40,000 bases of DNA from Halosimplex salinum (GTDB taxonomy: Archaea; Halobacteriota; Halobacteria; Halobacteriales; Haloarculaceae): positions 84,969-124,968 of the forward strand of contig NZ_QWGG01000008.1 of NCBI RefSeq assembly GCF_003730195.1, written 5' to 3'. The translations under genes and the position numbers were made by a program. Positions 7,213 to 14,295 of the stretch are shown one piece after another. Every line of letters starts with the position of its first letter. Position 1 is the stretch's first letter. Under the pieces are notes generated by a model. It saw only the letters and a program-made list of their open reading frames with translations, had not been told where the DNA came from and searched no databases.

Positions 7213-7617
7213 ATGCCAGATTCGATGTCTGAACAACTCAGGCAGGACATGGTCTGTGAGGGACTCCTCGAGTGTTTCCACGGACTGAAAGAACTCGACA
7301 AGGAGTGTTTCCGGGCGCTCGTAGAGACCGGCGAGCCGCTCACAGTCGACGAACTCGCCGAGGCCGTCGACCGCGAGCGATCGACCGCCTATCGCGCCGT
7401 CCAGCGACTTCTCCAGGCCGGGTTCATCCAGAAAGAGCAGGTCAACTACGACCAGGGCGGGTACTACCACGTGTACAGACCGACTGACCCCGCGCAGATC
7501 GCCGACGACATGCAGCGAATGCTCAACGAGTGGTACGCCAAGATGGGACAGCTCATCCAGGAGTTCGAGGACAAGTACGAACGCGAAGACGCGGCGGCGC
7601 CGTCCGTCGAAGGCTGA
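7213..7617 (+). CDS. Small TrmB-type winged-helix transcriptional regulator
   Basis: 134 aa. The ECFHGLKELDKECFRALVETGEPLTVDELAEAVDRERSTAYRAVQRLLQAGFI pattern is typical of haloarchaeal TrmB-like HTH proteins. The C-terminal region is helical. Confidence 0.75.
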   Translation: MPDSMSEQLRQDMVCEGLLECFHGLKELDKECFRALVETGEPLTVDELAEAVDRERSTAYRAVQRLLQAGFIQKEQVNYDQGGYYHVYRPTDPAQIADDMQRMLNEWYAKMGQLIQEFEDKYEREDAAAPSVEG

Positions 7618-7644
7618 CTGCGCGACTGTTCGAACCGTTCACTC

Positions 7645-7655
7645 CCTCGTTTTGG
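7645..7655 (+). terminator. T-run after the regulator gene
   Basis: ctcgttttgga lies about 30 nt after stop 7617. Archaeal terminators are oligo-T tracts. Confidence 0.3.
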
Positions 7656-7747
7656 ACTCTCCGACAGAGCCACCGGTCAACCGCTGTCAATAGTATTGTG
7701 CAAAACACCCAAAACCCTTAACTACTGGTGGCGCGTACGAACTGACG

Positions 7748-8107
7748 ATGACAGCAGATACCGCAGCCGACGCGAGTGCAGTGACTCCGACCGAGCCCGT
7801 CCACGTCGACGGCGGTGACGAACTCGACGAACTCGTCGCCGAGAGCGGCGTCGTCCTCGCGGACTTCTACGCCGACTGGTGTGGCCCCTGCCGGATGCTC
7901 GAGCCGGTCGTCGAGACCCTCGCCGAGGAGACGGACGCGGCCGTCGCGAAGATAGACGTCGACGCCAACCAGCCCCTCGCCGGGACCTACGGCGTCCGCG
8001 GCGTCCCGACGCTCGTCCTGTTCGCCGACGGTGAGCAGGTCGAGGAGATGGTCGGGGTGCAGGGCGAAGACCAGTTGCGCTCGGTGATCGAGCGGTACAC
8101 CGAATAG
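7748..8107 (+). CDS. trxA: Thioredoxin
   Basis: WCGPC active site, 119 aa. A TATA-like ccttaacta lies about 28 nt upstream. Confidence 0.9.
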   Translation: MTADTAADASAVTPTEPVHVDGGDELDELVAESGVVLADFYADWCGPCRMLEPVVETLAEETDAAVAKIDVDANQPLAGTYGVRGVPTLVLFADGEQVEEMVGVQGEDQLRSVIERYTE

Positions 8108-9145
8108 ATGAGCGACGTGCACGACCTCGTCGTCGCCGGATCGGGCGTCGCAGGCCTCTCGGCGGCCGTCTACGCCGCCCGCGCCGACCTCGACCCCCTC
8201 GTCCTCGAGGGCGACGAGCCGGGCGGCCAGCTGACGCTCACGACCGACGTCGAGAACTACCTCGGCTTCCCCGACGGTGTCGGCGGGATGGAGCTGATCC
8301 AGCGCGGGAGAGACCAGGCCGAGCGGTTCGGCGCCGAGTTCCGCCATGGCAGCATCGAAGCGGCCGACCTCGACGGACGGCCGATGGAACTCTCGCTCTC
8401 GACGGGCGAGACGCTCCGTACTCGCGCGCTCGTCGTCGCGACGGGCGCCAGCGCCCGCTGGGTCGGTGCGGACGGCGAAGACGAACTGATGGGCTACGGC
8501 CTCTCGACGTGTGCGACCTGCGACGGCGCGTTCCACAGGGGCGACGACGTGCTCGTCGTCGGCGGCGGCGACAGCGCGATGGAGGAGGCGCTCTTCCTCG
8601 CGAAGTTCGCCGATTCGGTCACCGTCCTCCACCGCCGTGCGGACCTCCGTGCGTCGGAGATCATGGCCGAGCGCGCACGCGAACACGACGACATCGAGTT
8701 CGCCTGGAACACGGAACTCGTGGCCATCCACGGGTCGACCGAGGAGGGCGTCACCGGCGCGACGGTCGTCTCGCATCCCGACGGACATCCGGCGGAGACG
8801 TACGAGGCCGGCGGCGACGTCACGATGGACGAACTCGACGTCGGCGGCGTGTTCTACGCGATCGGACACGAGCCCAACACCGAGTTCTTCCGGGACACCG
8901 CGGTCGAACTCGACGACAGCGGGTACGTACAGACCGCCGGCGGAGGCGACGCGTGGGCGACGACGGAGACGGCGGTCGACGGCGTCTTCGCCGCCGGTGA
9001 CGTGATGGACCCCGACTACCAGCAGGCGGTCACTGCCGCCGGCACGGGGAGCATGGCCGCACTCGACGCCGAAACGTGGCTCGAGGCGGCCCCGCTCGAC
9101 TCGGCCCAGCCCGCAGTTCCGGTCCCCTCGGAGGCCGACGACTGA
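8108..9145 (+). CDS. trxB: Thioredoxin-disulfide reductase
   Basis: ATG directly follows the trxA TAG. Motifs are GSGVAGLSAA (FAD), the CATCDG redox centre and VVGGGDSAMEEA (NADPH). Confidence 0.9.
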   Translation: MSDVHDLVVAGSGVAGLSAAVYAARADLDPLVLEGDEPGGQLTLTTDVENYLGFPDGVGGMELIQRGRDQAERFGAEFRHGSIEAADLDGRPMELSLSTGETLRTRALVVATGASARWVGADGEDELMGYGLSTCATCDGAFHRGDDVLVVGGGDSAMEEALFLAKFADSVTVLHRRADLRASEIMAERAREHDDIEFAWNTELVAIHGSTEEGVTGATVVSHPDGHPAETYEAGGDVTMDELDVGGVFYAIGHEPNTEFFRDTAVELDDSGYVQTAGGGDAWATTETAVDGVFAAGDVMDPDYQQAVTAAGTGSMAALDAETWLEAAPLDSAQPAVPVPSEADD

Positions 9146-9534
9146 TGGGAACGACGGACAGGCGCGAGCGCAACCTGACCGACCCGTCGACCGTCGAGGA
9201 CCAGGCGGACCGAGTCGTCGTCTCGTTTCGGTCACCGGAGACCGACCCCGACGAGGACGACAACTGGTGGGTCGCCGACAGCGAGTGGCTCCGGGAGAAC
9301 ATGACGGAACACACCTATCGGCGCTACCTCCGGTGGGCCCACGCCGGGCCGGTCTCCGTCGGCGACGAGTGGGAGGAGTTCGTCAACTGCGGCTGTGCGA
9401 GCCCGGAGGACGTGATCCTGCGCGTCGAGCAGGTCGACGGCGGCTCCGGCATCGGGTCGGAGACGACCATCGACGTCGTGCCACGCAGGGACGTCCTCGG
9501 GACCGGAACGCCGGCCCCGGACCCGGTCGAGTGA
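9145..9534 (+). CDS. Hypothetical acidic protein (129 aa) with a CGC motif, coupled to trxB
   Basis: ATG 9145 shares its A with the trxB TGA (TGATG). Third-position G/C bias is strong and I recognise no family. It is Trp-rich (NWWVADSEWL) and has vicinal cysteines in FVNCGCASPED. Confidence 0.6.
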   Translation: MGTTDRRERNLTDPSTVEDQADRVVVSFRSPETDPDEDDNWWVADSEWLRENMTEHTYRRYLRWAHAGPVSVGDEWEEFVNCGCASPEDVILRVEQVDGGSGIGSETTIDVVPRRDVLGTGTPAPDPVE

Positions 9535-9575
9535 CCGGAACTATCGATGCCGGGTTTCTGCCGTTCAGAGGTCGC

Positions 9576-9962
9576 TCAGAGTTCGCTCAGAACCCGCTCG
9601 AACCGCTCGGAGACGTCGCCGGAGATCCCGTCGAGCTCCGGGTTGTCGGCGATTCCGACCAGCTCTGACGGGTCGACCGCGCTCACCGTGACCGCGCCGT
9701 CGTCGGTCTCGTAGACGACGACGTTGCACGGGAGGAGCGCACCCAGTTCGATCTCCGCTTCGAGCCCCTGGAAGGCGAGTTCGGGGTTGCACGCGCCGAG
9801 GATTCGATACCGGCGGAACTCTCTGTCGAGCTTCTCCGCGAACGTCGCCTGCACGTCGATGTCGCAGAGGACGCCGAAGCCCTCGTCTTCCAGCGCGGCG
9901 ACCGTCTGATCGACGACGTCGTCGAACGAGCCGCTGACACGCTTTTGGGTAGTATATGCCAT
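9576..9962 (-). CDS. DUF302 domain-containing protein
   Basis: Blocks GFGVLCDIDVQATFAEKL, YRILGACNP and LLPCNVVVYE match the DUF302 fold family. ATG 9962 is preferred over GTG 9971. Confidence 0.8.
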   Translation of the reverse strand: MAYTTQKRVSGSFDDVVDQTVAALEDEGFGVLCDIDVQATFAEKLDREFRRYRILGACNPELAFQGLEAEIELGALLPCNVVVYETDDGAVTVSAVDPSELVGIADNPELDGISGDVSERFERVLSEL

Positions 9963-10030
9963 ACTATACACGATAACCTGGACAGTGATGACTGTTGGGG
10001 CGCTCGGCGGGGTCGAAATAGGTGAATTTC

Positions 10031-10963
10031 ATGGCACTGCCCCACCGAGGCACTACGCAGATGATCGATGCAGATCGAAACGACCGGATCTCCGAAGCGG
10101 TGGTGGAGGGCATCGAGGCGCTCGGGAGCCCCCAGCGGCTCGAGATCCTGTTCGCGCTGTCCGAGGCGGAGCGGGAGCACCGGCGACAGTGGCACACGCT
10201 CACCTTCACCGAACTGCACGACGCGGTGGCCGTCGAGAGCTCCTCGCAGTTCTCGTATCACCTCGACCGGCTCGTCGACCAGTTCGTCGACGAGACGTCC
10301 GACGGCTACCGGCTCACCTACAGCGGCCGGAAACTGATCCGGAGCGTCCTCTCGGGCGTCTACGAGAGCACCGCGACGTTCGACGAGCGCGCCGTCGACG
10401 GCGTCTGCGTCTTCTGTGAAGCGGACTCGCTGGTCGCGACGCTGGAACAGGAGTCGTTCCTCGTTCGGTGCAGCGCCTGCGATACGACGCTCGTCAACGA
10501 CTGCTTCCCGCGAAGTCAGTCGCGGAACCGCTCGCCGGCGGCGATAGTCGAGAGTTTCGGCTATCGGATCTGGAGTTCGTACGTGCACCTCCGTGGCGCC
10601 ATCTGCCCGGAGTGTTACGGTCGCGTCGAGACGACCGTCGAGGCCCACGAGGTCGAGAGCCAGACCCGGTACACGCACGGCTGTTCGTGCTCGAACTGCG
10701 GCTTCACGATCCACCTGCCGGTCGAAGTCGCGGTCGCGTTCCACCCGGCGGCTCTCGCCCGCTTCTGGGAACACGGCGTCTCTGTACTGGACACCCCGCT
10801 CTGGGAACTGTTCGAATACGTCGCGACGGACGCCTTCGTGACCGACGCCGGTCCCGGCGGATCGGACGAACTCGTCTGCACGCTCTCCCTCGGCGACGAG
10901 TCGCTCGACTTCGAGATCGACGAGACGCTCCGGGTATCACCGCTTCGAGCACCGGACCAGTGA
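10031..10963 (+). CDS. ArsR-like winged-helix regulator with C-terminal double zinc-ribbon domain
   Basis: The N-terminal region reads LGSPQRLEILFALSE...TFTELHDAV...FSYHLDRLVDQFV. The C-terminal part has four CxxC-type pairs (CVFCE, CSACD, CPECYG, CSNCG). The start is ambiguous (GTG 10022, ATG 10031 or ATG 10061). Confidence 0.7.
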   Translation: MALPHRGTTQMIDADRNDRISEAVVEGIEALGSPQRLEILFALSEAEREHRRQWHTLTFTELHDAVAVESSSQFSYHLDRLVDQFVDETSDGYRLTYSGRKLIRSVLSGVYESTATFDERAVDGVCVFCEADSLVATLEQESFLVRCSACDTTLVNDCFPRSQSRNRSPAAIVESFGYRIWSSYVHLRGAICPECYGRVETTVEAHEVESQTRYTHGCSCSNCGFTIHLPVEVAVAFHPAALARFWEHGVSVLDTPLWELFEYVATDAFVTDAGPGGSDELVCTLSLGDESLDFEIDETLRVSPLRAPDQ

Positions 10964-11158
10964 ACGGCCCGTCCGGTCCGCTCCGACCCGACCGCCGGCG
11001 ACGGCCGCAACGACTCGGCATCGATCGCTCAAGGAAATTTGAGTTACGTCGCTGTCAAGTGTAAGAAAAATAACAATACTTATCCCGGCCTGCAGCCTCT
11101 CTGTAGCGTATGCGTGACGACAGACATATCGAGGACGGGACGGTCTGGAGGGTCCTGA

Positions 11159-12079
11159 ATGGCCGCGATTGAGATCGACGGTCTGACGAAACGGTTCGGA
11201 GAGGTCGTCGCCGTCGACGGACTCGACCTGACCGTCGAGGACGGGGAGATATTCGGGTTTCTGGGACCGAACGGCGCCGGGAAGTCGACGACGATCGACA
11301 TCCTGCTCGATTTCATTCGACCGACCGAGGGGTCCGTGACCGTCCTCGGTCACGACGCACAGAGCGAGGGCGAGGCCGTCCGGAGACGGACTGGGGTGTT
11401 GCCCGACGCCTACCACGTCTACGACCGGCTCACCGGCCGGCAGCACGTCGAGTTCGCCATCGAGATGAAAGACGTCGCCGAGGACCCGATGGCGCTGCTC
11501 GACCGGGTGGGGATCGCGGACTCCGCCCACCGGAAGGCCGGCGGGTATTCGAAGGGGATGCGCCAGCGGCTCGTCCTCGCGATGGCGCTCGTCGGCGACC
11601 CCGACTTGCTCGTCCTCGACGAGCCCTCCACCGGGCTGGACCCCAACGGCGCCCGAGAGATGCGTGACATCATCCGTCAGGAGAACGACCGCGGGACGAC
11701 GGTGTTCTTCTCCAGTCACGTGATGGAGCAGGTCGAGGCGGTCTGCGACCGCGTCGCGATCATCGACCGCGGCCAACTCGTCGCCGTCGACACGATCGAC
11801 GGGCTCCGTGACGCGACGGAGACGGGCGAGATCCTGTACGTCTACGTCACCGACCTCGACGACGGGACGGTCGATTCGGTCTCGAGACTCGACGGGGTCG
11901 GTTCCGCCTCGGTCCACGACGGACGGCTCCGCGTCTCCGTCGACGGCGTGTCGAAGTTCGCTGTCCTGCACGCCATCGACGAGTCCGTCGTCCCCGTGCA
12001 GGACTTCTCGGTCGTCGAGTCCTCGCTGGAGGACCTGTTCGTCCGGTACACCGCCGAGGAACGGGAGGGGACGGCATGA
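11159..12079 (+). CDS. ABC transporter ATP-binding protein (ABC-2 subtype)
   Basis: Walker A GPNGAGKST, signature YSKGMRQRL, Walker B LLVLDEP. The AT-rich promoter region at 11030-11090 lies upstream. Confidence 0.9.
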   Translation: MAAIEIDGLTKRFGEVVAVDGLDLTVEDGEIFGFLGPNGAGKSTTIDILLDFIRPTEGSVTVLGHDAQSEGEAVRRRTGVLPDAYHVYDRLTGRQHVEFAIEMKDVAEDPMALLDRVGIADSAHRKAGGYSKGMRQRLVLAMALVGDPDLLVLDEPSTGLDPNGAREMRDIIRQENDRGTTVFFSSHVMEQVEAVCDRVAIIDRGQLVAVDTIDGLRDATETGEILYVYVTDLDDGTVDSVSRLDGVGSASVHDGRLRVSVDGVSKFAVLHAIDESVVPVQDFSVVESSLEDLFVRYTAEEREGTA

Positions 12080-12948
12080 CGTGGCTGATCGTCGCGAAGA
12101 AGGACTTCCGTGACGCCGTCCAGTCGCGGGCGCTCTGGGCGCTCGTCGTCGGCTTCGTCCTGCTGTCGCTGCTCTCGACGTACGCCTACGTCGAAGTCCC
12201 GGAGATGTTCGGCGAGCCGGGCGGCGCCACGTTCACGGGCCTGCTGTTTTTCACCGTCGGACTCACCGGGCTGTTCGTCCCGCTGGCCGCGATCGTGGTC
12301 TGCTACAAGTCGCTCGCGGGGGAGCGGGAACTCGGCAGCATCAAACTGCTGCTCTCGTTGCCGACGAACCGGGGCAGCGTGTTCGCCGGGAAGGTCGCCG
12401 GGCGCGCGGCGGTCCTGGCGTTCGGTCTCGGCGTCGGCATCGCGGTCGGCCTCCTGGTCGGAACCGTCCTGCTCGGCGAGGTCGACGCCGTCGGAGCGCT
12501 GGTATTCCTGCTCGTGACGCTGGTGTTCGGGGCGGTGTACGCCACCATCGTGGTCGGGCTCTCGGCGACGACGGGGTCGACGTCGCGCGCGACGACGCTG
12601 GCGCTCGGGTTCTTCGTCGTCTTCGAACTGTTCTGGGACACGATCCCGATGGGGTTCCTGTACGTCGCCGAGGGGTTCTCGATGCCGTCGACGTTCCCCG
12701 ACTGGTTCTACTTCCTCACACAGCTCTCGCCGTCCTCGGCGTACCTCTCGACGGTCGTCGCACTGGTCCCGGAACTCGGCGACGCGGCCGTCGGCGACGC
12801 GTCCGGGGCGGGTGCCGGCGTCGAGGTGAGCCAGACCGGCGTCGACCCGTTCTACCTGTCGCCCGAGATGGGCATCGTCGTCCTCGCCGCCTGGTTCGTC
12901 GTCCCCTTCGTCGTCGGCTACTACCGATTCGACGCCGCCGACCTCTGA
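12076..12948 (+). CDS. ABC-2 family transporter permease
   Basis: ATGA overlap with the ATPase gene. It is a 6-TM hydrophobic protein of the NosY/ABC-2 type. Confidence 0.8.
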   Translation: MTWLIVAKKDFRDAVQSRALWALVVGFVLLSLLSTYAYVEVPEMFGEPGGATFTGLLFFTVGLTGLFVPLAAIVVCYKSLAGERELGSIKLLLSLPTNRGSVFAGKVAGRAAVLAFGLGVGIAVGLLVGTVLLGEVDAVGALVFLLVTLVFGAVYATIVVGLSATTGSTSRATTLALGFFVVFELFWDTIPMGFLYVAEGFSMPSTFPDWFYFLTQLSPSSAYLSTVVALVPELGDAAVGDASGAGAGVEVSQTGVDPFYLSPEMGIVVLAAWFVVPFVVGYYRFDAADL

Positions 12949-13020
12949 ACCCGGCGGAGACCGGACCCACGGTCACGGGCACCGGCCGTGTCGGTCCCGA
13001 CTGCTCCGCTCGTCCTCGGT

Positions 13021-13323
13021 TCAGGCGCTCAGCGTCCGCGGCGCGTCGTAGAGGGATCCGAGTAACAGGACGAACCCCGGCGCCACGAGCAGCCCCTGGA
13101 CGAGTAACGTCCCTTCGGCGTCCAGTCCGAACACCAGCGCGGCGATCGCGCCCAGGAACAGTCCGAGTGTGATCGTCCCGAAGCCGTAGCTGAACAGTCG
13201 GAGCGAGCGCGAGTCTCTGCGACTTGCGGCCCGGTGAGCGAGATACGAGATGATGCTGCCGAAGACGAGCGTCGCGGTCGTCACGGCGACGATCAGCATC
13301 ACCAGCGGAGCGGTTGGTATCAT
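13021..13323 (-). CDS. Small membrane protein (about 3 TM), unknown function
   Basis: 100 aa with three clear hydrophobic helices and coding-like codon bias. I recognise no motif. Confidence 0.55.
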   Translation of the reverse strand: MIPTAPLVMLIVAVTTATLVFGSIISYLAHRAASRRDSRSLRLFSYGFGTITLGLFLGAIAALVFGLDAEGTLLVQGLLVAPGFVLLLGSLYDAPRTLSA

Positions 13324-13604
13324 GGGTGCAGTGGCTGTGGGCGCAGGCGGTGCTGACCCCGGTCGGAACGGGGCCGGTGCGTTCGGGCGTTCGGGCGTTC
13401 GACGATCTAACTCCGGTCGTTACCTGAACCTACCGTGGCGACCGTCTTCAAACGCCGATACGGTTCCCAGTCGGCGAGAACAGCGATGCTCTCGGCAACT
13501 GACGGGGGTCTCGCTCACCCCGCCTCCTCGAGCGGGCTCGATCCCAGCCGATGGGAATCTCGGGACGGCTTATTGAGCCAGTACAGAGAGGTAGAACCGT
13601 ACGG

Positions 13605-14135
13605 ATGGCTACCAGAGAGCTCGAATCCAAGGTGTTCGGCTGGGACGTGGAGTTCACGTACTCCGAGACGTGGATCGGCTACGCGCTGTTCGGTCTGCGC
13701 GTCATCATGGGCTGGACGTTCTTCTACGCCGGGATCACGAAGGTGATCGACCCGGAGTGGAGCGTCCGCGGGTTCCTGCTGTACGCGATCCCCGAGGGCA
13801 ACCCGCTGACCGGGCTGTGGACGACGATGGGCAACGACTGGGCCTGGCTCCTGACGCCGATGAACCAGATCGGACTGACGCTGATCGGACTCGCGCTGAT
13901 CCTCGGGCTGTTCGTCCGCTTCAGCGCGTTCTGGGGCGCCACGATGATGCTGTTCTACTGGCTCGCCAGCTACCCGTTCGACAACGCGCTGCTCATCGAC
14001 TACCACATGGTGTACATCTTCCTGCTGTTCGGGCTCGGGGCGTTCGGGGCCGGGCGGATCCTCGGACTCGACCAGCGGATCGAGGAACTGGAGATCGTTC
14101 GGGACAACCCGCGCCTGACGCTGTTCCTCGGCTGA
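13605..14135 (+). CDS. DoxX family membrane protein
   Basis: ATG 13605 with a TATA-like cttattga about 32 nt upstream. The pattern GYALFGLRVIMGWTFFYAGITKV ... LIGLALILGLFVRFSAFWGA is typical of DoxX/DoxD. Confidence 0.75.
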   Translation: MATRELESKVFGWDVEFTYSETWIGYALFGLRVIMGWTFFYAGITKVIDPEWSVRGFLLYAIPEGNPLTGLWTTMGNDWAWLLTPMNQIGLTLIGLALILGLFVRFSAFWGATMMLFYWLASYPFDNALLIDYHMVYIFLLFGLGAFGAGRILGLDQRIEELEIVRDNPRLTLFLG

Positions 14136-14156
14136 CGGCTGAGGACCACCACCCCC

Positions 14157-14187
14157 CGTTTTCGGTCGCGACTACCCGGTAGCGACC
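14157..14187 (+). terminator. T-run plus GGTCGC-N12-GCGACC hairpin after DoxX
   Basis: cgtttt is followed by a 6-bp stem (14164-14169 / 14182-14187), about 25 nt past the stop. Confidence 0.3.
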
Positions 14188-14295
14188 GCGTTCTCGTCGA
14201 CGCGACCGGCCGAGACCGCCCATAAACCTTGTCGTATCCGTCGCCAGCGTGTAATCCGGCGTGGACGTATTGGATCGAGGCGCGAACGGTCGCAC

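Noticed and set aside
7718-9235. 505-aa minus-strand ORF opposite trxA/trxB
   Set aside because: It is antisense to two genes with canonical WCGPC and CATC active sites, and its composition is shadow-ORF-like.
11110-11172. 20-codon upstream ORF (MRDDRHIEDGTVWRVLNGRD) overlapping the ABC-2 ATPase start
   Set aside because: It is short and out of frame, with no supporting signal. It may simply be part of a 5' leader.
13480-13560. tRNA-like stem (GGCT-CGATCCC-AGCC) in the DoxX upstream region
   Set aside because: The loop does not match the T-loop consensus, and no acceptor, D or anticodon arms can be drawn. I found no convincing tRNA or rRNA anywhere in the window by eye. A tRNAscan/Infernal run would be decisive.
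14262-14271. Shared 10-mer GGACGTATTG about 30-36 nt upstream of ATG 14296 and ATG 35913 (35873-35882)
   Set aside because: GTATTG-type words occur in many promoter islands of this window (2278, 3425, 7693, 11080 reverse strand, 14266, 35877). They probably represent a generic TATA-box variant. The two genes have no evident functional link.
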